A stretch of DNA of 64,000 nucleotides, taken from Nemertoderma westbladi. Its lineage: Eukaryota > Animalia > Xenacoelomorpha. How positions within the stretch are numbered: position 1 is the stretch's first letter; the number at the start of each line of letters is the position of its first letter. Position numbers and translations under genes: made by a program. The notes beneath the pieces were generated by a model. It had not been told where the DNA came from, searched no databases, and saw only the letters and a list, made by a program, of their open reading frames with translations. This document shows, piece by piece, positions 1 through 12,344 of this stretch. Where the stretch lies: assembly GCA_032718475.1 (NCBI GenBank), contig JAUCBJ010007436.1, positions 15,126 to 79,125 on the forward strand. The letters run 5' to 3'.

Positions 1-115
1 GCGACTGTTTCCAGATGGACGAACTTGGAAGTGAAAGAATCGCACTTTTCTCTATTCTCACTCCAAACATTAATTTAGCGTGCTTTCTGGCATACTTTCA
101 CAACTGCGGTGACTG

Positions 116-380
116 TGTGGGAGCGCTAGAGAGTCGGCCCTCTAGCCTTCCAACTTCTTATATTATATCAAAAGGTTATTATATATAATGATATCGTGTA
201 ATGAAACAATATAGGCCGTTAGGTACCGGTAGGTCTTGAACTAGGTCAGTAGGTAGATATATATATATGAACTCAATGTTGATCTAGTTGCTAGGAAACC
301 CCCGCAGTTGCCACAGAGATCAACCAAGCAAAAACACGGGTTATCAGTGACCATTAGCCCCGAAGGGGCAGTCCGCTACA
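116..380 (-). repeat. 3' LTR of Gypsy element
   Basis: Direct repeat of 4273-4537; only one mismatch seen (G137 vs T4294); PPT GGGGGGGTGG (381-390, minus) adjacent. Confidence 0.97.
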
Positions 381-389
381 CCACCCCCC

Positions 390-3300
390 CTAGTGATAAA
401 CCCAAGGTGTTTTGGTTCCTGTAAAACGCGTGGGCTGTTGTGAAACGCGTCCAGATCGAGTTGTTACGGCGGGTCGCGGTTGAACAGTTTGTTCCGGTGT
501 ACAGGGTGGGTTTTGGGTGGTGGTATCCACCAGGGTGGGTGTGTCGTCCACGAAAGCTTGCTTCAGGCGGTCGACAGAGACGTTGGTCGAACGACCGTTG
601 ACAGACAGTGTGTAAAACTTGTCCGCCCGTGCCAGAACGCGGAAGGGGCCGTCGTACTGACACTGCAGAGGGCCTTTGTGGGCGTCATGGCGGACAAAGA
701 CGTTGTCCGTTCGCAGCAGGTCAGACGGGACGTGTGTGTGGCGGTGTTCCTGGCCATGGCTGGTCGTTGGTGTTGCGCGAAGGCGGCGCATCGAGTTCCT
801 GAGGCCAGTGATAAACTCGCCGTGGTCGGGACGAGTGTCGCTCGAGAGTTCGGAGGATGAGAAGAACTCTCCGGGGAGGCGAATCGTTGTCCCGTAGAGG
901 AGTTCGGCTGATGTGCAGCCGAGGTCTTCTTTCGGGGTAGTCCGTATCCCGAGGAGGACGATCGGGAGTTCATCCACCCAGTTCGGGCCGCGGAGGCGAG
1001 CTTTAAGGGACGCCTTAAGCTGCCGGTGGAATCGTTCCACGATGCCGTTGGACTGTGGGTGGTAGGCTGTGGTGTGGTGGGCATGGGAGCCGAGCAACTC
1101 GTTGAGGGAGGCCCACAGTTCGGACGTAAACTGGGATCCACGGTCCGACGAGATGTGTGCCGGGACGCCGTAGTGGGCCACCCAATGGGCGAGCAGTGCA
1201 CGGGCGCAGGAGACAGTGGTGGAGTCAGCCATTGGGACGGCCGTGGGCCATCGGGTGAATCGGTCTACAATGGTAAACAAGTAACAGGCGCCTTGAGAAG
1301 GAGGAAGGGGACCCACGATGTCGACGTGGATCTTCTCAAAGCGTCTGTCTGGGGTTTCAAAACGTTCGAGTGGGGCGGAGACGTGGCGCTGAGTTTTAGC
1401 CCGCTGGCAACCGACGCACTCCTTGGCCCACTTCCCGACATCGCGGTGTAAACCGTGCCAGACGAAACGTTTGGCAATGAGGCGGCGGGATGAACGTATT
1501 GAGGGGTGGGAAAGGTCGTGGATGGCGTTGAAAATCCGGCGACGCCATTGGTCCGGAATGATCGGACGTGGGCGGGAGGTGGACACGTCGCACAACACGG
1601 AAAATGTACCATTGTCTACTGGGATGTCTTGTAGGACGAGGTTGGTGATTGCGGTGCGATATGCCTGTACACCAGGGTCGTTGTACTGGGCCTGGGACAA
1701 TGCGGCGTAGTCGATGTGTTGGTTGGGGAGTGTCGCGTTGAGTTCGATCGGGGGATCTGCATCTGCAAGTTCGACCCGGGAGAGGGCGTCGGCCACGAAG
1801 TTCGACTTGCCTTCAATGTGTCGGATGTCGGTTGTAAATTCCGACACGAACGCTAGGTGGCGCTGTTGACGTGGCGACCAGCGTTCGGAGGCGCTGCTGA
1901 AAGCGAAGGTTAGTGGTTTGTGGTCCGTGTAGGTGTGGAATCTACGTCCCTCGAGGAAGTACTGAAAGTGCCTGATCCCCAGATACATTGCGAGGAGTTC
2001 GCGATCGAACGCGCTGTATCGGGTTTCGGCGGGTCGCAGTTTCCGGGAGAAGAAAGCGACGGGGCGCCAGAGTCCGTCGAGGAACTGCTCGAGGACTCCG
2101 CCAACCGCCTTGTCGGAGGCGTCCACGGTGAGGCTGGTGGCGGCGGAGTGACTCGGATGGACGAGGAGAGTTGCGGAGGCCAACGCGGTCTTGGCGTTCT
2201 CAAACGCCGACTCCATGGCGGGTGTCCAGTTAAGGGACTTCGCGGTCGAAGCGAGTGCACTGTGGAGTGGATGGAGCAACTCCGCGGCCTGGGGGATGAA
2301 ACGATGATAAAAATTTATAATCCCAACGAATTGTTGGAGGCCCTTCTTGTCGGCTGGACGGGGAAACTCCGCGATGGCCTCGACCTTCTCTGGGATTGGC
2401 GTTGCACCGGAGGCGGAGATGTTGTGTCCCAGGAAGGTGAGTGAGGCGACACCGAAAACGCACTTGGATACGTTTATGATTAGTCCATGAGCAGTGAGGC
2501 GTTCGAACAACAATCGGAGGTGTCGGAGGTGCTCTTCGGGGCTGGAACTCGCGACAAGGATGTCGTCGAGGTAAATAAACGCAAAATCGAGCTCCCGGCA
2601 GACATTATCCATGAGTCTCTGGAAAGACTGAGCAGCGTTACGGGTTCCAAAAGGCATCCGGCGGAATTCGAATAAACCGAATGGAGTGATCACTGCGGTC
2701 TTTGGGATGTCCTCCTCGGCAACCGGGATTTGATGGTATCCCCGGACCAGGTCTACCTTTGAATAGATTGTGGTGCCGGCGAGTTGGGAGGAGAAATCCT
2801 GGAGGTGTGGAATGGGGTATCTGTCGGGGATTGTCGCGTCGTTGAGTCGGCGGTAGTCTCCGCAGGGGCGCCAACCGCCGTTCGGTTTAGGGGCGAGATG
2901 GAGCGGGGATGCCCAGGTACTCGAGGAGCGGCGGATGATCCCCATCTGCTCCATCTGCTCGAATTCGCGCCGAGCAATGGCGAGTTTCTCGGGGGAAAGT
3001 CGACGAGGCCGAGCGTAAACCGGCTGCCCTTTCGTGGGTATGTGATGTTCCACGCCGTGTTTGGTGCTCGGCTGCGAAAAACAGGGTTCTGTTAGAGTGG
3101 GGAACTCTGACAAGAGTTTGTTGTACATATTGTCGGTTTGGTCGATGGAATGGAGGCCAGGAGCGACAGTATCGGCAAGACGTGCCGGTGTACTGGTGAA
3201 GGTCTTCGCATCGATTATACGTTGCCCCTTTATATCGATGAGCAGTCCGTTGTTGCGGAAAAAGTCGGCGCCGAGAATCGGTTGTGAAACGTCGGCGAGG

Positions 3301-3572
3301 GTAAACTTCCAGTTCATCCGGCCCAGATTCAAGTTTAGCGGGATTTCCCGGGTTCCGAAAGTCTTAATTGGGCTGCCGTTTGCTGCGACGAGGGAAACGG
3401 TTGGCGTGTTGAGGCGCCGTTCTCGTGGGGAGGCGGGGAAAACGCTGAGTTCGGCCCCGGAGTCGACAAGAAACCGTAGACCAGCGTTCCGGTCCCAGAC
3501 ATAGAGGAGGCGACTTGTACCGTCTCGACCAGCGGCACTTGCCGCCATTAGTGGCTGGTCGGGCCGTTTCCC
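390..3572 (-). CDS. pol: Gypsy Pol (protease-RT-RNase H-integrase), expressed by -1 frameshift from gag
   Basis: FLVDSGA protease; [18 protein letters not shown]; TVDASD/ELLA/TDHKPL RNase H; H-x3-H...C-x2-C zinc finger; HVDIVGP/SDRGSQF/NGIVER integrase; YDGPF motif; uninterrupted ORF 390-3584. Confidence 0.96.
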   Translation of the reverse strand, partial: GKRPDQPLMAASAAGRDGTSRLLYVWDRNAGLRFLVDSGAELSVFPASPRERRLNTPTVSLVAANGSPIKTFGTREIPLNLNLGRMNWKFTLADVSQPILGADFFRNNGLLIDIKGQRIIDAKTFTSTPARLADTVAPGLHSIDQTDNMYNKLLSEFPTLTEPCFSQPSTKHGVEHHIPTKGQPVYARPRRLSPEKLAIARREFEQMEQMGIIRRSSSTWASPLHLAPKPNGGWRPCGDYRRLNDATIPDRYPIPHLQDFSSQLAGTTIYSKVDLVRGYHQIPVAEEDIPKTAVITPFGLFEFRRMPFGTRNAAQSFQRLMDNVCRELDFAFIYLDDILVASSSPEEHLRHLRLLFERLTAHGLIINVSKCVFGVASLTFLGHNISASGATPIPEKVEAIAEFPRPADKKGLQQFVGIINFYHRFIPQAAELLHPLHSALASTAKSLNWTPAMESAFENAKTALASATLLVHPSHSAATSLTVDASDKAVGGVLEQFLDGLWRPVAFFSRKLRPAETRYSAFDRELLAMYLGIRHFQYFLEGRRFHTYTDHKPLTFAFSSASERWSPRQQRHLAFVSEFTTDIRHIEGKSNFVADALSRVELADADPPIELNATLPNQHIDYAALSQAQYNDPGVQAYRTAITNLVLQDIPVDNGTFSVLCDVSTSRPRPIIPDQWRRRIFNAIHDLSHPSIRSSRRLIAKRFVWHGLHRDVGKWAKECVGCQRAKTQRHVSAPLERFETPDRRFEKIHVDIVGPLPPSQGACYLFTIVDRFTRWPTAVPMADSTTVSCARALLAHWVAHYGVPAHISSDRGSQFTSELWASLNELLGSHAHHTTAYHPQSNGIVERFHRQLKASLKARLRGPNWVDELPIVLLGIRTTPKEDLGCTSAELLYGTTIRLPGEFFSSSELSSDTRPDHGEFITGLRNSMRRLRATPTTSHGQEHRHTHVPSDLLRTDNVFVRHDAHKGPLQCQYDGPFRVLARADKFYTLSVNGRSTNVSVDRLKQAFVDDTPTLVDTTTQNPPCTPEQTVQPRPAVTTRSGRVSQQPTRFTGTKTPWVYH

Positions 3573-4210
3573 GAGAAGGAACACGGGGCCTTACAGTTCT
3601 TCGCTTTGGCACCGTACTTGGCGTGGTACCAGCATAAGGTCGAGGAAGTCGAGGACCGTGCTGGCGTATCGCGTCCCCCGTCGCTGCGGTGGGGGCGACT
3701 GACTCCGAAAGCGGGAGGTTGTTGGGCCTTGGTCTCGACAACGGCGTCGGCGGCTTCCGCGAGTTCGCGAACGTCAGCAATTTTTAAGGCGGAAACCATT
3801 AGCCGGACATCGTCTGGAAGTTGCTGAAGAAACAGTTGGCGGAACAGTTGATCCACGGGGTTGTTGCCGTTTAATGCCAGCATGTAGTCCAGCAATTCTG
3901 TAGGTCGTTTGTCGCCGAGTCCAGGAAGGTTTAATAGTTTAGAGGCCTTCTGCTCCGGTGTCAGGCCGTAACACCGCAGGAGAGCCGCCTTCAGGAAATC
4001 ATATTTCCCGGTGGTTGGGGGGTTCGAGATCGTCGCTACCATCCGACTGGCCACGGTTTGTTCCAGTGCGGCGACGACGTAGAAATACCGCGTTTCGTCA
4101 GTGGTGATGGCGCGGGTAGCGAATTGGGCCTCGGCCTGGAGGAACCACACGTGCGGTTCGAGGGGCCAAAACGTTGGTAGTTTTAGTGATACCGCGTTTT
4201 GTTCTGCCAT
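3548..4210 (-). CDS. gag: Gypsy Gag (220 aa)
   Basis: KLPTFWP...WFLQAEAQF capsid-like start and C-terminal [18 protein letters not shown] motif; directly upstream of and overlapping pol. Confidence 0.93.
   Translation of the reverse strand: MAEQNAVSLKLPTFWPLEPHVWFLQAEAQFATRAITTDETRYFYVVAALEQTVASRMVATISNPPTTGKYDFLKAALLRCYGLTPEQKASKLLNLPGLGDKRPTELLDYMLALNGNNPVDQLFRQLFLQQLPDDVRLMVSALKIADVRELAEAADAVVETKAQQPPAFGVSRPHRSDGGRDTPARSSTSSTLCWYHAKYGAKAKNCKAPCSFSGNGPTSH
3566..3572 (-). promoter_or_regulatory. -1 ribosomal frameshift slippery site G GGA AAC with downstream stem-loop
   Basis: X XXY YYZ heptamer in gag frame inside the gag/pol overlap, followed by CGACCAGC...GCTGGTCG inverted repeat. Confidence 0.85.
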
Positions 4211-4253
4211 CGCGATCGTGACGTTGGTTGTTCCGGTTATCGGGTGGTAGCAA

Positions 4254-4271
4254 ATCTCGTCCGGGTCACCA
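4254..4271 (-). other. Primer binding site complementary to tRNA-Trp 3' end
   Basis: TGGTGACCCGGACGAGAT 1 nt after the 5' LTR; close to the tRNA-Trp PBS TGGTGACCCCGACGTGAT. Confidence 0.8.
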
Positions 4272-4272
4272 A

Positions 4273-4537
4273 TGTGGGAGCGCTAGAGAGTCGTCCCTCT
4301 AGCCTTCCAACTTCTTATATTATATCAAAAGGTTATTATATATAATGATATCGTGTAATGAAACAATATAGGCCGTTAGGTACCGGTAGGTCTTGAACTA
4401 GGTCAGTAGGTAGATATATATATATGAACTCAATGTTGATCTAGTTGCTAGGAAACCCCCGCAGTTGCCACAGAGATCAACCAAGCAAAAACACGGGTTA
4501 TCAGTGACCATTAGCCCCGAAGGGGCAGTCCGCTACA
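4273..4537 (-). repeat. 5' LTR of Gypsy element
   Basis: 265-bp direct repeat of 116-380, followed on minus strand by PBS. Confidence 0.97.
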
Positions 4538-5593
4538 ACTGTACTACAATCAGCTTGTACACAATGTACCCTGTTGGTTGTGCGGATATACCCTCCCTCA
4601 CGCGAGTAATCTCGATAATCTTCTTGTTTCGCGTTCCGTCGTTTAATACAGTCGCACAGTCGTATGTTTATGTTACTGTGCTAATATTATATCCCGCCCG
4701 TGGTCCGTCGTCTTTAGAGATAGAGAACCGCAGTGTAGCATTTTTTACCAATTTGTGGTCAGATAGGGGGAACTTTCGACACAATGACAATTCATCCTTC
4801 TCCACGGGAAAAATTGACGCAAATAAAAGCTGATTACTCCCAAAAATAAAACTGTACTGTAACCTGATTGCTCTAGTGTCATTGTATTGTATAGGTTTTT
4901 CGAAAATTGCATTAAATATAAAAACCCGTGGAGGAGGAGAACTCGTTGAGCGCACCAAAATATGTTTCTTAATTTATTATTTATTCACATTGGCTATCAA
5001 ACTTACAAAATAGATTTGTCCCGGCTACATATTTACAAACCCCGTTTAGTCTCCACACTTTCTGGCAATGTAATTCAACCTGAAGCAAGGACCAATCCGA
5101 AACGAGAAGTTATAAGGAACTCTAGTGTTGAGACCGTACGAGGTTTATGAATACTATGTACTACTTCCAGCAAAAACCATGCGATGTCGGAACTTTTAGA
5201 TAAATAACTTGGGTTTATGTTGTGGCCGATATTGGCCACCGTAGAAAGCAAATGTAATTAGTACACAGTAAAGTATGAATGTTGGCCTCGGCACATGGCA
5301 TGTTATGTGGAGAGACAATAATGGGATTTTAAGTGCTGTGGTGCTTAATTAATGTTTTTTTATCATAAAATAGAAACGGATATTTATTTATCGAAAACTG
5401 AAGCTTTGAAAGGAAATTCTATTCAGGGGCGAAACATTTTCCATTAATTAGCAAATGTCCTCACCTGTACTCTCTGCCCCACTCTCCCAACTGGCTAACA
5501 CAACGCCCGATTAATGTAATATTAATCTCATTATGAGAAAAACATTTTACCCGGTCAGTCAACATTCAAAGGCATACAGTATATTATATAGCG

Positions 5594-5739
5594 TAAATCT
5601 ACATTATTCTAATGTATTTTTACTCTATTCTAGAATATTAATTATTGTTTAGCTAAGCGTTTAAAACTCAGTTCTAAAAGCCGTGCGTAATTAATATTCT
5701 AGAATAGAGTCAAAAAAACATCAGAATAATGTAGATTTA
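5594..5739. mobile_element. MITE-like foldback element
   Basis: ~51-bp imperfect inverted repeats (TAAATCTACATTATTCT...TCTAGAATATTAATTA / TAATTAATATTCTAGA...AGAATAATGTAGATTTA) around a ~43-bp core. Confidence 0.65.
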
Positions 5740-6397
5740 GGTCACCAATTGTGTGCTTGTGAATGTTGATAATATCTCAGGAAAATATTGGTGAAATTTA
5801 AAACGGTTTTCAGATTCGGAATCTACAGACGAAGGCGGTTCTAATGATATCTAAATTAGATGAATAATAAAGTCTACGGAGGTGGTTAAACATTGCTAAA
5901 TATACATTTTTTAAGGGCTTGTTGTATGGAAATAACGGAGAAATTGAAAAATCCGGCCAGGCCAGCAGTAAGAAAAGGTGTCGATCTACCATCGTACCAA
6001 ATTTCCTAGCATTTTATTGAAATTTGTAAAAATTAGGGGGTGGGGGGGGGGGGGGGGTGGGGGCTCGGCCTGTTAAAACTGTATTAAGGGAGATGGTGTA
6101 TTTTCAGTTTTCTTCCAATCTGTAATCCAACTCGCGTTTCAGTCTCACTTATTTATTATAAGTAGGCCTACCGACAACGCATTGGGTTTTGAAGTGGTGT
6201 ATTCTCATTTCCCACACCGTCCCGGGGTTTGTAAATGCATCCCGGCCGGACCTAAATGAAGGATATATTCCGGACCAGTTGTTGCAACGGAATTATTAAA
6301 TATAAACTTCGCAATGATAGATATTGGATTTGTTGAACGAGCGCATGAGTAATTGAGTAAACCGTTGTAGGTTTGTCTGTCTGCATATTTTTAAAGG

Positions 6398-6640
6398 TTC
6401 CACCTTGGTGTAGTGGTTGCATTGAATTCACATCTCCCGTAGGTCGTGGGTTCGATCCTCACATGGGCCAGGGCAGTTTTCGTTTCGGCACGAATGCTTT
6501 AAAGGGACCAGCCAGGGCGCATCTCTGTCTTGCATCTTTGGGGAGTAAAGTTCTGGGGGGACCGCACTGGAAATAAGTCGTCAGACTTTGTGCGTAATCG
6601 TAATCCCTGGCCTAGCGGCCGAAGAAAATTTACTTTTTAC
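6398..6640 (+). mobile_element. tRNA-derived SINE
   Basis: A box TGGTGTAGTGG, B box GGTTCGATCC, (TTTTAC)n tail, 8-bp flanking direct repeat TTTAAAGG (6390-6397, 6641-6648). Confidence 0.8.
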
Positions 6641-6871
6641 TTTAAAGGCTATTTTTAAAGTAACTCTTTATTGTAACTAAAGAAATTAAACCAAACTTTG
6701 TACACATCTAGTCTGTAAGAAGTCTGGAATATAACTTGCGTGGAAGTTCAGTCCCCCGCTATCTAGGGGACGTCTTGAATGGTGGAAAGAGAAGAGTTGC
6801 ACCCGTATGATATGCCTGCTTCTTGCTTCTTCCTATGCGTTGGCCACACAAAATGTGAATCGGTATGTATA

Positions 6872-7940
6872 TGTGGGGCGAGACACGTAGTCGGCGAGCC
6901 TTGGCATACGGTTCATATAGGGCAAATGGGGCATGTCCGTCTGTCTGTCTGTCTGTCCGTCTGTCTGTCTGTCCGTCCGTCTGTCTGGTAAATGTTTGAA
7001 CGCGAATTTCTCGGCATCGCTCGTTCGGAATTGAACCAAACTTAGTAGGTAAGTAGTAGAGAGAAAGTTTAGAAAGTTTGTAAAGTTTGGTGAAAAATCA
7101 TGCAGTCTGACGTCAGCTACGACAGATTATGTGGTTTTTAGAAAATGTTAAATTTCTCGGGAACGCCTCATTTTCCTGAGCTGAAATTTTGGTTACTTGT
7201 AGATAATCATGAAGTCTATCTTTTACGAAATTGAAAAGTTAAGACATTTAATTGGGGATCCGCTAGAGACTCCGAAGTAATGACATAGGCCTACCGGTAC
7301 GGTAGGCCTACTGCTGTACCTATCAGTAGTGATTACGAAATTGCAGTATAAAACTTTAATACCTTCAATGGCCAGCTCGTTACCTCGAGCGGTGTTGGCT
7401 GAGTGGATAAGGCGTTGGACTAGCCATCCAATGGGATCTTCTCGCGCTGGTTCGAATCATATCTCTGGCAAAACTTATTTTGCACGTTTTTTATATTAAA
7501 TTCTTTAAAGCCAACAACAATTACTAGAATTAAACCAACTTTTATTACATCATATATGCAGTCTATTAGAAATTTAGAAATAATCTGAGTTTTTATCAAA
7601 ATAAGACTGTCGGACACTCGGTACCGGTAGTTTCAGACTTTTGAGAAAAACTAAAATAAGTCGTTCAATCAAATGATGAATTAAACCAAACTTGTACGTA
7701 TGCACTCCATTAAAAGTTTGGAAAGTATCTGAAGTTTGGTCAAAAATAGGTCAGTCGGTACCGGTGGTTTCAGACTTTTTATAAAAACCGAAATAAGTCG
7801 GGCAATTGCAGTTCAGACTTTTATATAAACCGAAATAAGTCGGGCAATTGCAGATTAAATTAAACCAAAATTTGTACGTATGCACTCTCGTGCTGCGCGA
7901 AGTCCCCACGAACGTGTATGAATATGTAGCTCAATGATAT
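6872..7940 (+). mobile_element. Non-autonomous Helentron/DINE-1-like element, copy 1
   Basis: 5' TGTGGGGCGAGACACG, (GTCT/GTCC)n microsatellite ~6935-6986, degenerate internal repeats, 3' GTGCTGCGCGAAGTCCCCAC; ends shared with 28050-30226 and 50700-51700. 3' boundary approximate. Confidence 0.7.
7389..7470 (+). pseudogene. tRNA-Ser-derived pseudogene
   Basis: TGGCTGAGTGGATAAGGCGTTGGACTAGCCATCCAATGGGATCTTCTCGCGCTGGTTCGAATC resembles eukaryotic tRNA-Ser with long variable arm; T-stem and acceptor stem no longer pair. Confidence 0.75.
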
Positions 7941-7999
7941 GGACAACAACGTATGTTCCTGGATAAATTTAATTATAATAAAGCTAACTAAATCTCAAC

Positions 8000-8155
8000 C
8001 GTGTATGACTAGCGACCGCCAACCTGGTAAGATTTCCGTGAAGTGAAGGGTAGGGAATATAACAAAGAGGATCCACAACAGCAGAGTCAGTAGGTTTATC
8101 TGCATCAGGTAGACAAGGAACAGGAAATAGGACTTTACAGCCATTCCGAAATGTC
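8000..8155 (-). pseudogene. Transmembrane channel-like (TMC) exon, probably part of a degraded gene
   Basis: Acceptor TTTCTTATAG then (G)HFGMAVKSYFLFLVYLMQINLLTLLLWILFVIFP, matching the TMC-family GHFG-x2-V-x-SYF-x-FL-x2-L-x3-N motif and TM1; neighbouring candidate exons contain stops. Confidence 0.7.
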
Positions 8156-8879
8156 CTATAAGAAATAAAAGTATTAAATAATAGAGAAAGACAGAACAAT
8201 AACTGTAAACTAATTGTTTTATTTATTTTAAAATCATAAAATGGTTTTTAGTGCTAAAATATTACGATGTTCAATGTTTATTAATTGTTTGCTTTTTATC
8301 TGTATGAGCGACAACCTATAGCCATATAGGACGTCCTGAAGCCTATAGGTCCATATATTAGACACGTCCTAAAGTTGTCTTAATTTAGACCTAAATCTAA
8401 AGGTCCAATGCACACGGACCAAAAGCAACACCTCCACTACCAAGGCGTCCTCCTCAATTCATATAAATTATTAAGACAAGTGTCTTGGAAATTTCTGCCC
8501 ACCACGTTTCCTCTCAGCCTCACCAAATAATTAAGAGGCTCAAATGAATATTTCCAAGGTTCACTAAAATTGCCTTTGTACGTTATAAATTTTAACATAA
8601 ATATGTTGATGAACCCCCCCCCCCCCCCCCCCCCCACACCCCCCACACAACATGAGAAGAGACAACGCCTTTGGCAAGGAGAGCTAACTGAGTTGGAGGT
8701 AAACGTCAATTATTGCCAAAGTTTTCTATTTACTCAGCCCCTGACCACACAAGAAAGGCAGTGGTTGGCTGGTAATCCAGGGTGTGTTGATTTTGTGGAC
8801 CGTCGTGACCAATAGGACAACGGCTCCCCCAATCTCCTCAAATCACGCCACTTTTCCAATCGTACCACATATCTAAGTA

Positions 8880-9053
8880 ATCAGGTTATCTGATCTTAAT
8901 ATGTTCTGTAAAGGTTGATAACACTGTTTGTAGGGCTTATCAGAATATAGAGATATTTATAAATCGATAACAGTTTTGTTAGTATAGCATTACTCAGGTA
9001 TTTTTTTTATTTTGTGTCTTGCTGGATATTTTCCACCTAATAAATATATGTAG
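8880..9053 (+). promoter_or_regulatory. Putative SMPD1-like promoter and 5'-UTR intron
   Basis: Cluster of GATA sites (TTATCT, TGATAA, TTATCA, CGATAA), TATAAA at ~8958, GT-AG intron 8998-9053 with CTAAT branch point. Confidence 0.45.
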
Positions 9054-9073
9054 TTGGAGATTCGGAAGGGAGA

Positions 9074-9734
9074 ATGGGTAGAACCTTTAGTTTCATGTCA
9101 ATATGTACCATTTTTACCATATCATTGATTTTGTGTCTGTTAAATACAGATGGTTGCCACAGTGCTCCCCGTTCCCGCAGGTACCGTAGCACCACGCAAA
9201 CCATCGCACGAGGCACACCGGCGCACCCGAAACTATCCAATTGGCACCTCGTAGACACCATGTCTCACTTCTTCAACCGAATCAAAGAAACCGCTGTTCA
9301 TTTCGACTGCGCAGTGTGTAAGGTAATCGGAGACAGCATCCAACTGCTTCTAGCAATGCATAAATCCAAGGAAGATATCGTTTATATCGCAGAGAAAGCT
9401 TGCAACACCCTTCACATCGAGGACTCCAAAGTGTGCCACGCGATCACCCGTCAATACGAATCCTGGATCCTAACCATCTTCACCGAGTATCTACTTAGTC
9501 CCGGCGATCTATGCGGGATCATACTTGGGAAGGACTGCGGTCACGTGATCGAGCCCTACCCCGATTGGTCCGTGGTTCTACCCGAGGTTCCACCCAAACC
9601 GATGATTGTCCCGCCCCGGTCACCCCGGCCAAACAGCCCCGTGTCTCGGGTTCTACACCTCACGGATATCCATGTCGATTTGGATTACAAGATTGGTGCA
9701 AACGCTGACTGCGGTGAGCCCTTGTGCTGCAAAG
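9074..9734 (+). CDS. SMPD1: Acid sphingomyelinase-like, coding exon 1 (signal peptide, saposin-B domain, Pro-rich linker, DxH)
   Basis: Hydrophobic N-terminus, CAVCK..C..C..C..C saposin, LHLTDIHVDLDY, CGEPLCC; donor G|GTAAGT (phase 1). Four exons total 1878 nt = 625 aa + stop. Confidence 0.93.
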
Positions 9735-10404
9735 GTAAGTGCGTAATTTGTAATGAGTTATCATTACTGTCTCAATGATGGATTAACGGTTCCCGGTTTC
9801 AGCCACGATGAATTAATATCTGGCGCAATAAAGTTATAATATTATCGTAATAAATCGCCTCCGATATTATTTTTATTTTTTATTATCAGATTATATATAT
9901 ATTTTTTTATTTTATATATATTATTTTCCTTAAATAAGTGTTATAATCATTATTCATTATTACTAACTATTTTGTGCTTAGGATTATTGTAGGTACGGTG
10001 TATAGTATAATATATATCCATTATATTTGCACAAATTAAACATAATAGTAATGTATTCACGCCGAAACCATAACTCTCTTGCCTTCCGGCGGGGTTTGAA
10101 CCCTCGACTTCTGGATCGAGAGATAGGAATTCAATGCAACTAATTAAACCATCGCATATGGATTCTCACCCGACATATAAAGTCCTACATTATATATATT
10201 TTCGCCATACCGATGGAGTTACATAATTATGTCCAACTTTATTGTGTGCCGTTAAGTCGCTAGTTCGCTAGCTTGTATTTTAGCTCCACGTGTATACAAA
10301 ATTAATTTGTAATAATTTTGGGGTAGCACTATTATATTAATCGTTTCCATTACTAAAATAATATACAATGATAATATTACTAAATTTCACATACTGTATT
10401 TCAG

Positions 10405-10618
10405 ATGACGATGGAAACCCTATTAAAGGAAAGAAGGGAGCTTGGAAATGGGGGGACTACCGTTACTGCGACATGCCACTGGCCACCCTGGAAAACCTCT
10501 TTAAGCATCTGAGTAAAGAAGATTACGATTACATTATATGGACTGGAGATACAGCCAGTCATAACATTTGGAGCGAAACCAAACGCGATAAGATACACAC
10601 CCTCGATGTAGTCACGAG
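10405..10618 (+). CDS. SMPD1: Acid sphingomyelinase-like, exon 2
   Basis: TTTCAG acceptor; WGDYRYCDMP and WTGDTASH motifs; AG|GTAAGA donor; phases match neighbours. Confidence 0.94.
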
Positions 10619-11413
10619 GTAAGATTATTTATTTATGTTATAGAGAAAAAATGAAAAGTATTGAAATAGAAAAAAAAGCACCTTGGAATTGAAATACATC
10701 AAAAAAATGGACCAGATAAATTCCTGTTATACAAAACGATAAACGAATTCTTATCTGCACGTATTAGTTATATAAATGAACAAAGCAAAAAACATTGAAC
10801 CTAAATAAAATGTCTTTCCCTCTCAGTTCTTCTTTTATTTTACCAATCGATTTGAATTTCCTCCCTCTTGTAAAGTTAAAATAATAGTTCTTTTAGTGAG
10901 GATAGTTAGTGGAATACAATTAACATTCTACAGCTCTCGTTTTATGGGGGAATATAAATAGTTCTACTTTTAGTTTGGGGGGGTGGTTCCATCATGGCTC
11001 ACCCCCCCCCCCCCCCCCCCCCCCCCTTCATAATAATAATAATGCTCATTGGTGTAGAGATAGTCCTATGTATTATGTGATTTAATGTTATATCCAAAAT
11101 TTGTTTAAATATAATTATTGTAATATTATTACAAACAAATATCATAATAATATAATGTAGGTATATATCGGTATAGGTATGTAGGTATATATGTCATTAC
11201 TCATCAAAATACGCCAGGGTAGTTACACTTTTTGAAAAATTCAGAGCGATTTTACTTTGGTTTTTGTTGGCTGGGTTGGTCGATAAAACAAAATGTTCTG
11301 TAAAATGTTAAATTACAATTACATATCGCCCAAAAGTAAATACCTTATTATTATTCTTCACGTGGGCAAAAAATGATAATGTTTATAATTTATAAATTAA
11401 TTTTACTTTATAG

Positions 11414-11869
11414 ATTGTTCCTCAAGTATTTCCCCAGTACGCCGGTTTACCCGTCGCTAGGCAACCACGAGGCAGTGCCGGCCAACGATTTCGCGATGCC
11501 CGGGGAATCATCCAATCACTCGGCAGACCCCATGGGTTGGTTATACTCCAACCTGGTAACACAATGGGGCAACTGGTTGCCAAGAGAAACACACGCAACC
11601 ATACGGAAAGGGGGATTCTATGAAACGCTAATTAACCCCGGTCTGCGATTGGTCAGTCTCAACACCATGTATGGGCACAAGCAAAACTATTGGCTGCTGG
11701 TCAACTCGACCGACCCAATGGGGCAGCTCCATTGGTTGGCTCGCGTATTACAGAAGGCTGAAGACAAAGGGGAAAAGGTGTATATTATTGGTCATATCCC
11801 GACTGGCCAATCGGATGTAGACGGTTTATTGTCGGCGTTCAGTCTAAATTATTATAAGATTATCAACAG
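11414..11869 (+). CDS. SMPD1: Acid sphingomyelinase-like, exon 3
   Basis: TTTATAG acceptor; VYPSLGNHE, LVSLNT, DPMGQLHWL, IIGHIP; AG|GTGAGG donor. Confidence 0.94.
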
Positions 11870-12344
11870 GTGAGGCGATCATATCGTTTAGTTTTTCCAA
11901 TCAAACATTTTAACAATAAAATAAATATAAATTGTAGTTACTGATTTTAGTGACTAGTTGACACTCTAGTTAAGATGGGTGGTATTAAGCGTGGACACCG
12001 TTACCGGAATGCTAAGTCACTAACTGCGAGTCATAATGGATTTTTCAATTGCAATTCCACCGTCCATTATTATATCGGCCGATAAATTTAGATACATCGT
12101 AAGTGTAATAGGCCTACTATTATTCTAACACATTTGGAATAAGTACGAATTTCTGAGTTACATAAATGTCAGTTAATTTATTAATAAAATAATTTGTCAC
12201 CCCACCACCATGGCAACTTAATATATATCTATATATAAGTTATATCTTACTATACAACGTGAATTATGGAACGCCGTTAGCGCCATTCCACGTCTACTAA
12301 GTAGAGTAAGTCGGAATCTTTTTCATATTTTATGAATAAGTACT

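Larger units (their letters stand above)
116..4537 (-). mobile_element. Full-length Ty3/Gypsy LTR retrotransposon (4422 bp)
   Basis: Two 265-bp TG...CA LTRs (116-380, 4273-4537); 4-bp TSD ACTG at 112-115 and 4538-4541; PBS, PPT, gag and pol (PR-RT-RH-IN order) all present. Confidence 0.97.

Noticed and set aside
480-3827. Numerous short overlapping ORFs in the Gypsy (and likewise in the BEL) element
   Set aside because: Antisense or off-frame shadows of GC-rich coding sequence with no motifs.
7389-7470. Functional Ser-body tRNA with AGC (Ala) anticodon, i.e. a recoding tRNA
   Set aside because: Acceptor and T stems are disrupted and it lies within a repeat element; pseudogene.
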